From: an uncultured Desulfobulbia bacterium
Lineage (GTDB): Bacteria > Desulfobacterota > Desulfobulbia > Desulfobulbales > SURF-16
Assembly: GCA_964653055.1 (NCBI GenBank)
Contig: CAZZCA010000010.1
Location: forward strand, 14,619 to 78,618
Reading direction: 5' to 3'
DNA: 64,000 nucleotides
The notes under the pieces were generated by a model. It saw only the letters and a list, made by a program, of their open reading frames with translations, was not told the DNA's origin and made no database searches. Shown here one piece after another: positions 55,492-64,000 of the stretch. Each line of letters opens with the position of its first letter. The stretch's first letter is position 1. The position numbers and the translations under genes were made by a program.

Positions 55492-56226
55492 ATGCGTTTT
55501 CTTTTTTTCTGGATAACAGCTCTGCTAATGCTGACCTCATCATGCCTGGCCTGGCAGCCCACACCTGACCCAGGCCTGAGCTCCGTTACGGTGAACAAAC
55601 AGAATCTCTCCGCCCTGTTTCTGGAAATAGCAGCTGGTGAAACTTCATGGCCGATAGAGGATCTGCGCCTGGTTAATTTCTCGGCCAATCCGGACCAGCT
55701 CACAATTGCCACCGGCACCATCAGCTACCAATTGCTGACCAGCTCACCCAACCAGTATCCAGGCAAAAAATTCTACACCATCCAGGTTACCAGTAATGGC
55801 CAGCCCCGGGCAACAATCAAGATGCATGGCGACATTCGCCTCTACGGCAAGGTTGTCAGCGCCGCCCATCATCTGCCAAGGGACCATATCCTGACAAAAG
55901 ACGACCTTACCACCAGCTATCGTGACATCTCCATGCTGGCAGACAGGTTTATCCGTGAGTCAGAGCAAATCATCGGCCAGCAGACAACAACGGCCATCCA
56001 GCCAGGAAGCATGATCCAGCCCAATGCTATCCAGCCCAGGGCATTAATCAAACGAGGCGAACTGATAACCATCAGGGCCCGGGGCAGAAATCTGCTAGTA
56101 ACAGCCCCGGGTAAAGCCCAGGCCAAGGGAAGAGAGGGCCAGATAATCAAGGTAAAAAATATGATGAGTCGCCGAACCATTTTTGCCAGAGTAATTGCCA
56201 GCGGCCTTGTGGAGGTAAGTCTCTAA
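55492..56226 (+). CDS. flgA: Flagellar P-ring assembly chaperone FlgA
   Basis: 244 aa with a signal peptide. C-terminal SAF-like part (IKRGELITIRARGRNLLVTAPGKAQAKGREGQIIKVKN). Its position between flgG and flgH fits. Confidence 0.8.
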   Translation: MRFLFFWITALLMLTSSCLAWQPTPDPGLSSVTVNKQNLSALFLEIAAGETSWPIEDLRLVNFSANPDQLTIATGTISYQLLTSSPNQYPGKKFYTIQVTSNGQPRATIKMHGDIRLYGKVVSAAHHLPRDHILTKDDLTTSYRDISMLADRFIRESEQIIGQQTTTAIQPGSMIQPNAIQPRALIKRGELITIRARGRNLLVTAPGKAQAKGREGQIIKVKNMMSRRTIFARVIASGLVEVSL

Positions 56227-56227
56227 A

Positions 56228-56923
56228 ATGAAAACAACCCGCAATATCATCATGCTGCTGACGTCTCTGGTCCTCCTGGCCGGCTGCACCACTACCCCCC
56301 GGCCAGACCAGAGCCCGACGGTGAGTCAGCACCAGCCTGTGCCGCCCCGGCAGGCCTCCAAACCGGCCGCCGGCTCTCTCTACCGTGACCAGAACATGAA
56401 CCTGTACCAGGACAGCCGGGCCCATAACGTGGGGGATATTGTCCTGGTCCAGATCGTTGAAACCGCAAGCGCAAAAGACAAGGCAACAACCTCCACCAAA
56501 CGAGATTCCCAGGTAACAGGAGACATCACATCCATGTTCCGTTTTGCCCAGTGGATGAGAATGCAGGACTCCGGACTCACCGGCGCCAAAACCATTGAAG
56601 CCGGCATGAAAAACGACTTTAAGGGAGAAGGCGAAACCAAGCGAGATAGCTCCATTACCGCGACCATCTCTGCCCGGATAGTAGAAAAAACCATGGACGG
56701 CAATATGCTGATCCGTGGCTTCCGCGAGATCAAAGTCAATAACGAAACCCAGCATATTATTCTTTCCGGCCTGATCAACCCCAGAGATATTGACCCGGAT
56801 AATTCCATCAGGTCAACCCATGTGGCAGATGCCCGGATCGAATTCAGCGGCAGTGGCGTGGTCAGTGAAAAACAACAGCCCGGCTGGTTTGCCCGGGGCC
56901 TTGACATAATCTGGCCATTCTAA
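56228..56923 (+). CDS. flgH: Flagellar L-ring lipoprotein FlgH
   Basis: 231 aa. Lipobox LLAGC. GSLYRDQ..., GDIVLVQIVE, and ARIEFSGSG near the C-terminus. Confidence 0.9.
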   Translation: MKTTRNIIMLLTSLVLLAGCTTTPRPDQSPTVSQHQPVPPRQASKPAAGSLYRDQNMNLYQDSRAHNVGDIVLVQIVETASAKDKATTSTKRDSQVTGDITSMFRFAQWMRMQDSGLTGAKTIEAGMKNDFKGEGETKRDSSITATISARIVEKTMDGNMLIRGFREIKVNNETQHIILSGLINPRDIDPDNSIRSTHVADARIEFSGSGVVSEKQQPGWFARGLDIIWPF

Positions 56924-56933
56924 GGATCAAAAA

Positions 56934-58037
56934 ATGATAAAGCTCAAATACACCCCCAAATCACCCCAATGGCTTTTCTGCCTGCTGATCATGATCGGCT
57001 TATGCCTGCCATGGCAACAGGCCCAGGCTGTCCGCTTAAAAGAAATCTCCTCGGTCCAGGGGGTTCGGGACAACCAGCTCATCGGATATGGCCTGATTGT
57101 TGGCCTCAGCGGCACTGGTGACGGTCGCAACTCCCCTTTTACCAGCCAGGCCCTGGCCAATATGCTGGATAATCTTGATATCCATATTAACCGGGACGAA
57201 TTAAAGATAAAGAATATCGCCGGGGTTATGGTCACTGCCACCCTGCCACCCTTTATTAAAAACGGCCAGACCATTGATATCACAGTTTCAGCCCTGGGAG
57301 ACTCCTCCTCACTCCAGGGCGGAACCCTGATTGCCACCCCCCTAAAGGCCCTTGACGGGAAGACCTATGCCATGGCCCAGGGGCCGGTAAGTATCGGCGG
57401 ATTCACCCCCCGGGGCGGCCTCAGCACCTCGGTTCAGGAAAATCATCTCACCGTTGGCCGGATTCCGGCGGGGGCCATTATCGAAAAAGAGGTCCCCTTA
57501 AGTTTCAGCGGCAAAGATGAGATAATAATCAATCTCAATCAGCCGGATTTCACCACGGTTAATCGGGCGGTTAATGCCATTAACTCTCTGCTCCAGGGCC
57601 CATTTGCCAAGGCCAGAGACGGGGCCACCATCCAGATCACCACCCCGCCGGCATTCAAAGACCAGGAGATATCCCTGCTGGCCCAATTGGAAAACACCGA
57701 GATAACCCCGGACACCATGGCCAAAATCATTATTGATGAACGAACCGGCACCGTGGTCATGGGGGAAAATGTCCGGATCAACCGGTTAGCCATTGCCCAT
57801 GGCAACCTGAGCGTCCAGGTGACAGGGGAAGACGAACAATCATCCCCGGTGGAGATAAACGCCAATATAACCGCCCGGGACCAGGAAAACCGCCTGGTCA
57901 AACTGAAACCAGGAACTACCATGGGCGAATTGGTCCGCGCCCTTAACAGGGTTGGGGTAACCCCCCAGGACCTCATCGCCATCCTCCAGTCAATTAAAGC
58001 TGCCGGCGCCCTCCAGGCCAGGCTGGAGATAATCTGA
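56934..58037 (+). CDS. flgI: Flagellar P-ring protein FlgI
   Basis: 367 aa with a signal peptide. VRLKEISSVQGVRDNQLIGYGLIVGLSGTGD. C-terminal IAILQSIKAAGALQARLEII. Confidence 0.9.
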   Translation: MIKLKYTPKSPQWLFCLLIMIGLCLPWQQAQAVRLKEISSVQGVRDNQLIGYGLIVGLSGTGDGRNSPFTSQALANMLDNLDIHINRDELKIKNIAGVMVTATLPPFIKNGQTIDITVSALGDSSSLQGGTLIATPLKALDGKTYAMAQGPVSIGGFTPRGGLSTSVQENHLTVGRIPAGAIIEKEVPLSFSGKDEIIINLNQPDFTTVNRAVNAINSLLQGPFAKARDGATIQITTPPAFKDQEISLLAQLENTEITPDTMAKIIIDERTGTVVMGENVRINRLAIAHGNLSVQVTGEDEQSSPVEINANITARDQENRLVKLKPGTTMGELVRALNRVGVTPQDLIAILQSIKAAGALQARLEII

Positions 58038-58342
58038 TGGAAATAAATAATAAATCACCAATTCACCTCAAGGAAAGCGCCATTCCTGACGATAAGAAAA
58101 AAGAAAACCAGGCCCTCTATCGTGCCTGTCAGGATTTCGAGGCCATCCTCCTCAATAAAATGATGACCACCATGCGTAACAGTATCCCTGATGACGGTCT
58201 TTTTAAAAAAAGCTTCGGTGAAAAGATTTACCAGTCCATGCTGGACGAAGAACTAAGCAATAAAATGGTCCAGGGCCCGGGGATCGGCTTCGGCGACCTT
58301 CTTTTTCACCAATTGATTACCAAGGGAGAACACCAGGAATGA
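58037..58342 (+). CDS. flgJ: Rod-binding protein (FlgJ N-terminal domain only; no muramidase domain)
   Basis: 101 aa. ACQDFEAILLNKMMTTMRNS...YQSMLDEELSNKM is the Rod-binding domain pattern. ATGA overlaps on both sides. Confidence 0.75.
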   Translation: MEINNKSPIHLKESAIPDDKKKENQALYRACQDFEAILLNKMMTTMRNSIPDDGLFKKSFGEKIYQSMLDEELSNKMVQGPGIGFGDLLFHQLITKGEHQE

Positions 58343-58863
58343 CAAGGTCAATATCTCCAGAAAACAACCCCCTGTTCAACCGCTTATTAACCATCCTCGA
58401 CCAGCAGAAAGATGGCTGTCGTAATTTCCTTGATCTACTTGCCTCCGAAAAAAAGGCACTGGTAACCAGTAATGTTGCAGGCCTCCTTAAACTTACCCGC
58501 CAAAAAGAGCAAAAACTGCATCGCCTGCATAATATGGATGAAACCATCCAAGAGCTCATGGGCCAATTATTACCGGCCAACCGGCAGAACCGCCCCCTAA
58601 AACTTAAAGACCTGATTGCCGGGCTGAACCAGCAACAGGGAGAAATTATCCAGGACTACCAGGAGTCATTAAATAAACTGCGTACCAGAATCCATGACGC
58701 CAATCTGATAAACCATAATTTCAGCGCCCAGACCCTTAACCACTTAAATGACGCCATCGGCCTGATCTGCAACGGCATCAATAACGATCCATCCTATAAC
58801 CGAAGCGGCTCAGCCAGTCAGCCGGAAACCACCAGCCCGACCCTGGTCAGCAGAGAGGCATAA
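58339..58863 (+). CDS. flgN: FlgN-like flagellar export chaperone (for FlgK/FlgL)
   Basis: 174 aa, all-helical. LLTILDQQKDGCRNFLDLLASEKKALV resembles FlgN N-termini. It sits immediately upstream of flgK. Confidence 0.55.
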   Translation: MTRSISPENNPLFNRLLTILDQQKDGCRNFLDLLASEKKALVTSNVAGLLKLTRQKEQKLHRLHNMDETIQELMGQLLPANRQNRPLKLKDLIAGLNQQQGEIIQDYQESLNKLRTRIHDANLINHNFSAQTLNHLNDAIGLICNGINNDPSYNRSGSASQPETTSPTLVSREA

Positions 58864-58866
58864 TTC

Positions 58867-61404
58867 ATGGCAGGTATCTCCCATGTCCTCAATATAGCTA
58901 AAGAAGCCTTATTGGCCCACCAGACCGCCATCGGTGTCGCCGGCCATAATGTGGCCAATGTCAACACCCCGGGCTACACCAGGCAGAGCCTTGACCTGAC
59001 CACCCCACCAGCTACCCTGGAAGGGGTTGGTTTAATGGGTAATGGTGTTCGGGGCCAACGGGTAGCCCGCCATTATGACCGCTTCATGGTTAACCGGATC
59101 ATCAACCATAATTCCGCACTGATCAACCTGGAGGCCCAGCAGCAGACCTTAAACGTGGTGGAAGCTACCTTTAACGAGGCTCCGGGCATGGGCCTGAATG
59201 AATTATTAAGTGATTTCTGGCAATCATGGCATACCCTGGCCGCCAACCCGGAACTGACCTCCTCCCGCCAAAGCGTGGTCCAGCGGGCCGAGCTGCTGAA
59301 CGACCGGCTCCACAGCATGCATGCTGAAATCATTGATGCCCGTCATGACCTGGGACTCAACCTCCACTCTGCGGTGCAGGATGTCAATGAACTGGCCCGG
59401 CAGATCGCCGAATTAAACGGCCAGATAACATCCACCGAGACCGAGCTCCATCAGCAAAATGATATCCGGGACCAGAGAGACAGCCTGGTCAAGGAACTAG
59501 CCGGCCTGATGGAAATCAATTATTTTGAAACCGACACCGGGGCCTATACCGTTCTCATGGCCGATGGTCATGCCCTGGTTGAAAACAACGAACATTGGGC
59601 CATCGACTGGCAGGACAACCAGGTCAGCTGGCTTTCCCAGGGGAGTGACGGATCCATAATCAGATCCACCATCAACGACAGTGAAAACCTGGGGGGCAAG
59701 ATCGGCGGCTGGACCTCGGTTCATAACCAGTTAATCGACAACCAGCCCAATAACTACCTCGGCCGCCTCAATGCCCTGGCCAATGCCCTGGTCCGGGAAG
59801 TAAACCAGCAACACAGCCAGGGAACCGGCCTGGAACGGTTCAGTGAAATTCTCACCAGCATGGAAACTGCCAGCAATACCACCCTGCTAACCAGTACCAT
59901 GGACATCTCCGCTGCCACCGAGACCATCCCGGCTGGAACTTTTACTATTAACGGCCGGCAGATCGGCCTGATCAATGGCGGTATAACCAATAATGGCCTG
60001 GCCATGGCCAAGGCCTTCAACGCCGCCCAGGCCATCAATCAGGCGACAAGTGATGTCCGGGCCAGGTTAACCACCCAGGTAAGCGGTGATGCCGTAACCC
60101 CCATGAGCGCCGGCGAAGACGGTACCACCATCGATTTCACCATTAACGGAGTTGACATAAGCTACAGCGTTGATTCACTTTCCGGCCCCCCTGACGATAC
60201 CGATCCGGCAACCCTGGCCGCCAACCTGGTCAACACAATTAATAATGCCATTGGCGACCATAACGACCCGGTGCTCAACCCCGGCAATATCCCGGGAATC
60301 ACCATTGAGGCCGTTGTGGGCAATGGGGTAAATGGCGGGGCAATTAATTCAATTGTTCTCCGGAACACCAACCAGGGAGATGAATCACGGATCATCATCC
60401 AAGACCTGGAAACCGACCCGGCAAACCCTCTTTACACCGTCGAGAACAAACTTGGCCTGACCAATGGTGAATACATAGCCGATGCCGACCATAATACCGG
60501 CCAGCTCTCTCTTTTCTCCCATAACGGGCCCATTACCATTAATGGCGGCTCCAATGACCATTTTCTCGCCCAGCTCGGCCTTGGGGGGGGGGATATCAGC
60601 GCCACCGATGAAGCCGGGGACGGCCTGCTGAGCTTTACCGCCAATGACAACAGCGTCTCCTATTCATTAATGGGCTATGATTATTCCGACGAACTTGCCA
60701 CTGACAATGGCTCGTTTAATATCTGGCTTTACAATAACGACGGCACCCTGGCACTGCCCCAACCAGTGGAAATATCCATGGAACGCTCCTATAACCTCCA
60801 GGACGTTGCCAATGCCATCAATATCTCCATCATGAACGCCAGTGGCGAAAGCAGCTCCTGGGTCCACGCCTCAATATATGAAAACCAGCTGGTACTGACC
60901 CCTGACGCTGAACATCAGTTTGCCTTTGGCGGTGACACCTCAAATTTTCTGGCCACTGCCGGGCTAAACACCTTTCTCAGCGGCCATGACGCCGGCACCA
61001 TCACCATCAATAATGTCATTAATAATGATCTGGATTTCCTGGCTGCCGGCAGGGTTAATGAATCCGGCGAGATCTTCCGGGGGGATCAGTCAAACGCCCT
61101 GACCATTACCGAAATACAACATGACGAGTATATCCGTTTTACCGGCAGCTCAAGCGATACTCTGGACGGTCATTATAATGCCCTGCTGGCCGAAATCGGA
61201 ATGAAAGGCCGCAGTGTCGGCCGGGACCTGGAGTTTAACTCCATGATGGCAGACCAGCTCAACGAATTACGGGAGTCAAGTTCCGGGGTCTCCCTTGATG
61301 AAGAGATGGCCAACCTGATTAAATTCCAGCACGCTTACACAGCAGCAGCCAAACTCATCTCCAGCTCCGATGAGATGTTAAACACATTGTTACAGGCAGT
61401 CTAA
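58867..61404 (+). CDS. flgK: Flagellar hook-associated protein 1 (FlgK), enlarged variant
   Basis: 845 aa. N-terminal ALLAHQTAIGVAGHNVANVNTPGYTRQ. C-terminal SGVSLDEEMANLIKFQHAYTAAAKLIS. The large central insert holds INGxxI-type (flagellin IN-motif-like) segments. Confidence 0.9.
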   Translation: MAGISHVLNIAKEALLAHQTAIGVAGHNVANVNTPGYTRQSLDLTTPPATLEGVGLMGNGVRGQRVARHYDRFMVNRIINHNSALINLEAQQQTLNVVEATFNEAPGMGLNELLSDFWQSWHTLAANPELTSSRQSVVQRAELLNDRLHSMHAEIIDARHDLGLNLHSAVQDVNELARQIAELNGQITSTETELHQQNDIRDQRDSLVKELAGLMEINYFETDTGAYTVLMADGHALVENNEHWAIDWQDNQVSWLSQGSDGSIIRSTINDSENLGGKIGGWTSVHNQLIDNQPNNYLGRLNALANALVREVNQQHSQGTGLERFSEILTSMETASNTTLLTSTMDISAATETIPAGTFTINGRQIGLINGGITNNGLAMAKAFNAAQAINQATSDVRARLTTQVSGDAVTPMSAGEDGTTIDFTINGVDISYSVDSLSGPPDDTDPATLAANLVNTINNAIGDHNDPVLNPGNIPGITIEAVVGNGVNGGAINSIVLRNTNQGDESRIIIQDLETDPANPLYTVENKLGLTNGEYIADADHNTGQLSLFSHNGPITINGGSNDHFLAQLGLGGGDISATDEAGDGLLSFTANDNSVSYSLMGYDYSDELATDNGSFNIWLYNNDGTLALPQPVEISMERSYNLQDVANAINISIMNASGESSSWVHASIYENQLVLTPDAEHQFAFGGDTSNFLATAGLNTFLSGHDAGTITINNVINNDLDFLAAGRVNESGEIFRGDQSNALTITEIQHDEYIRFTGSSSDTLDGHYNALLAEIGMKGRSVGRDLEFNSMMADQLNELRESSSGVSLDEEMANLIKFQHAYTAAAKLISSSDEMLNTLLQAV
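60583..60592. repeat. G10 homopolymer inside flgK
   Basis: Read directly: ggcctt gggggggggg atatc. Encodes LGGGD. Confidence 0.95.
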
Positions 61405-64000
61405 TGCGAACAACCCTGAACTCTGTCTTTACCCAGATCAACGGCAACCTGCATCAGGCCACTTCAGACATGGCAAGGATCAATAACCAGATCTCATCCG
61501 GCCGGCAGATGTCCAGGCTCTCGGATAAGCCATTCAACCTGGTTTCCGCCCTGAGCATGCGAACTAATCTGGCCGAGATCGATCAATACCAGAGCAATCT
61601 GAACCATGGTGATTCCATCATCAGCAGTTCTGAAACCACACTGACCCAATTAAAGGAACTTCTGGTCAAGAGCAAGAATCAGGCCCTCATCGGGATCAAT
61701 GCGGTCCAGACCGGTGCAACCAGAGAGTTCATTGCCGCAGAAGTCCATACCTATCTCGAGCAGGCAGTTACCCTGTCCAATACCCAGGTTAACGGCAAAT
61801 TCCTTTTTGGTGGTTTCCGCAGCACCGGCTATTCAGAAACCGAGCCCACCCCCTTTATGCTGAACCATGCCGACGGCTATCACATCCATGGCCAGCCCTT
61901 TGCCCCACTGGCAGGAAGGCTTACCGGCACCCCGGTCCAGACCACTGATATCAATAGCGGTGATCTCCTGATCAATGGTGAAGATGCAGGAAATATTACC
62001 TTAAGCGGCCCTTTAACCAATGGCCTCAACATGAATGGTGCCGTCAACCTGAAAAACGCCATTAACAGTATTACCTGGCCACCAGCCACCGACAAAGTGG
62101 AGGCCTCCCTTACCACCCTCCATGGCGCAGGGGCCGAAACAGCCACCGGCTCTGCCACCGATGTCTCCCTTGAACTCAACGGCATCACCATTAATTACTC
62201 CAGCGCCGGTACCAACCCGGCAGCCGATGCCGTAAATGCCATTAATCTCTACAGCAATCAGACCGGAGTTCAGGCTGAACTGGCAGATGGCACCAACGGC
62301 GGAGCTAGCCCCCCTCCCAACAGTATTGTTCTCACCAATGTAATGGCCGGTGATGAATCAGATATCAATATCAACGCCTTAAGCGAAATCGCCAACCCGG
62401 CTGGCCCTCCGGCTGCTCTTTCCGGCCTTGCCATTGGCACCTATACCTTAGCCGGCGGCAATAGCGGCCGTCTATCCCTCGCATCTGCCGAGGCCTTTGA
62501 GCTGACCAGCACCAACCTCACCGACGACACCGCCCTCAACGCAATCGGCCTTGGCGGCGGTGCCGGTTTCAGCGATGAGCCAGACGACGGGGTTCTCATC
62601 TATGGCTATCGCCTGGCACCCAATGAGCTGGAGATCAACGGTATCTCCCTGGAATCCATTGACCCGGACGGCATCTCGGATGTCTTTACCCGATCTTCAG
62701 CCGCAGCCAAGGCTGCTGCCATCAACAATACCACTGACGACTGGATCAATATCGCCGGCCAGCGAGTTGTCGGCACCTCTGTCTCCGCCGCCATCACCCC
62801 GGTCTTCCAGATGGCAGACACCGCCATTAACAGCGGTGTCATTAATGGCGGTGATCTGACAATTAACGGGATCGACATCTTTGCCTCCCCGGGCGCAACC
62901 GCCATCAGCAATAGCGACAGTGACAATGTCCTTCTTAATGCCATTAACGACCAGCAGGACCTTACCGGGATCATTGCCACCAAAACATCATCCGGGCAAT
63001 TGGCCCTAAACGCCATAGACGGCCGCAACCTGCACCTGGAAACAACCACCAACGGCGAATACATCACCGGCATCAATAACCTCATTAGCGGTGGCCCGGC
63101 AGATCAGGTCTATTTCGGCGAAATCCAGCTCCAGGCAGACCGCAGCTTTTTCCTGGAAACAACTCCCACCACAAGTTTTCCACCGGGAGGAGAAGAGCCA
63201 GGTCTTGCCGCCTTAGGGCTGGCCGGGGGCTCTGGCATTACCGGGGAAACAGAAGACATTGCCGGCGACGGCAAACTGTCGGTCTTTAATGTTGCTGACT
63301 ACTCCAATAATGTCCGCTATAGCGGCGACCGGCTCAACAGCTCCAGCATCAAGGTGGGCAGCCATTCCACCATTGAGATTAACAAAAACGGCCAGGAAAC
63401 CATTGCCGACACCGGCATCTTCCGCACCATCCGGGAGCTTGAAAATTACCTCCGAGGCCGCAATTTCACCTTTGTCAAAGGTATCCATGAAGAGGCCGAT
63501 CAGACTTCGACCCTGGCTGACCTTAACAGCGCTAAAGCCGAGCTGGACGAAAAATTCGAACACGGAGATATCCGCCTCACCGTCACCGATCATTCCTTTT
63601 ATCCACCCCGGCAGCAGGAAATCATGGTCCCGGTGGATATCAACCTGGACACCCCCGCCTCCATTGCCGCCAAGCTCAATGGCATCCCCGGGATCACCAG
63701 CCATTGGGACAGTGATGACAAACTACATATTGACTCCATCGAGCCTGCGAGGTACACCTTTGCCATAAACAACGATTCCAGTAACGCCTTGAATGTCTTC
63801 GGAATTGACCATTATCAGCTCCAGGTTCAGGGGCTGACCCAATCCCTGGCAAACCTGGAAGAGGCAACTAATGCCATGACCATGCGGATTTCCGACACCG
63901 GAGCCCGGGCCAACCGGATAACTGTCCAGCGCCAGATTTTCGACAACCTGGAAGTTACCACCCGGGAAACCCTGTCTGACAAGGAAGATACCGATATGAT
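61404..64000 (+). CDS. flgL: Flagellar hook-associated protein 3 (FlgL), giant variant; the 3' end runs off the window
   Basis: Not in the ORF track because there is no stop in the window. The ATG at 61404 overlaps the flgK TAA (TAATG). My translation is open to base 64000 (over 865 aa). N-terminus MRTTLNSVFTQINGNLHQATSDMARINNQISSGRQMSRLSDKP. The end MRISDTGARANRITVQRQIFDNLEVTTRETLSDKEDTDM is the flagellin-type C-terminal helix, so the stop is probably close. Confidence 0.85.
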   Translation, partial: MRTTLNSVFTQINGNLHQATSDMARINNQISSGRQMSRLSDKPFNLVSALSMRTNLAEIDQYQSNLNHGDSIISSSETTLTQLKELLVKSKNQALIGINAVQTGATREFIAAEVHTYLEQAVTLSNTQVNGKFLFGGFRSTGYSETEPTPFMLNHADGYHIHGQPFAPLAGRLTGTPVQTTDINSGDLLINGEDAGNITLSGPLTNGLNMNGAVNLKNAINSITWPPATDKVEASLTTLHGAGAETATGSATDVSLELNGITINYSSAGTNPAADAVNAINLYSNQTGVQAELADGTNGGASPPPNSIVLTNVMAGDESDININALSEIANPAGPPAALSGLAIGTYTLAGGNSGRLSLASAEAFELTSTNLTDDTALNAIGLGGGAGFSDEPDDGVLIYGYRLAPNELEINGISLESIDPDGISDVFTRSSAAAKAAAINNTTDDWINIAGQRVVGTSVSAAITPVFQMADTAINSGVINGGDLTINGIDIFASPGATAISNSDSDNVLLNAINDQQDLTGIIATKTSSGQLALNAIDGRNLHLETTTNGEYITGINNLISGGPADQVYFGEIQLQADRSFFLETTPTTSFPPGGEEPGLAALGLAGGSGITGETEDIAGDGKLSVFNVADYSNNVRYSGDRLNSSSIKVGSHSTIEINKNGQETIADTGIFRTIRELENYLRGRNFTFVKGIHEEADQTSTLADLNSAKAELDEKFEHGDIRLTVTDHSFYPPRQQEIMVPVDINLDTPASIAAKLNGIPGITSHWDSDDKLHIDSIEPARYTFAINNDSSNALNVFGIDHYQLQVQGLTQSLANLEEATNAMTMRISDTGARANRITVQRQIFDNLEVTTRETLSDKEDTDM

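Noticed and set aside
58037-58342. FlgJ lacks a peptidoglycan hydrolase domain.
   Set aside because: This is real but not novel. Single-domain rod-binding FlgJ with a separately encoded lytic enzyme is the known arrangement in many non-enteric proteobacteria.

Overview
This 64-kb window comes from a Gram-negative, flagellated bacterium. Gene content and heavy sigma-54 use are reminiscent of deltaproteobacteria/Desulfobacterota, but that is unverified. All family calls rest on motifs read by eye and remembered family signatures; no database search was run.

Bases 1-45708 form one nearly gap-free minus-strand array of about 40 genes, an XrtA exosortase / PEP-CTERM exopolysaccharide (EPS) locus:
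- 39.6-45.7 kb: export, outer-membrane barrel, chain-length determinant, BY-kinase and priming transferase.
- 32.1-39.6 kb: nucleotide-sugar genes (glmS, GalE-like, TviB/TviC-like, UDP-GlcA epimerase, ugd).
- 28.8-32.1 kb: a regulatory island. It holds a PAS/sigma-54 activator, a sigma-54 promoter, a Cys-rich PilZ protein and a terminator. A second sigma-54 promoter, the only PEP-CTERM protein gene and another terminator follow.
- 27.2-28.7 kb: xrtA-epsI.
- 1-27 kb: a visibly AT-richer variable block of glycosyltransferases and tailoring enzymes.

The variable block mixes canonical XrtA-locus families with non-canonical genes. The canonical ones are a TIGR03087-type GT, an O-antigen-ligase-like protein, FemAB-like, an XrtA-type deacetylase and AsnB-like amidotransferases. 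The non-canonical ones are a UbiA-type prenyl/phosphoribosyl transferase + HAD phosphatase + GT2 + GT-C module with GtrA, a sulfotransferase, a radical SAM/SPASM enzyme + methyltransferase, a tandem GT2 pair with one DxD-less copy, a NodB deacetylase interrupted by an in-frame TGA, an 892-aa unknown protein with a (QP)n microsatellite, and a CapK-like ligase.

The plus strand then carries prsT (TPR lipoprotein) and a PPP-type phosphatase. A minus-strand housekeeping block follows (nadA, an HPF-cold-shock-domain fusion, nagZ, queC, sfsA). From 53.3 kb there is a flagellar operon: a stand-alone FlhB-C-terminal-like gene, a sigma-54 promoter, then flgF-G-A-H-I-J-N-K-L. FlgK (845 aa) and FlgL (over 865 aa, running off the window) are unusually large.

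No rRNA, tRNA, CRISPR or transposase/integrase genes were seen. The best candidate for an undescribed system is the lipid-carrier glycosylation module at 7.5-14.2 kb together with the sigma-54/PilZ/PEP-CTERM regulatory island.
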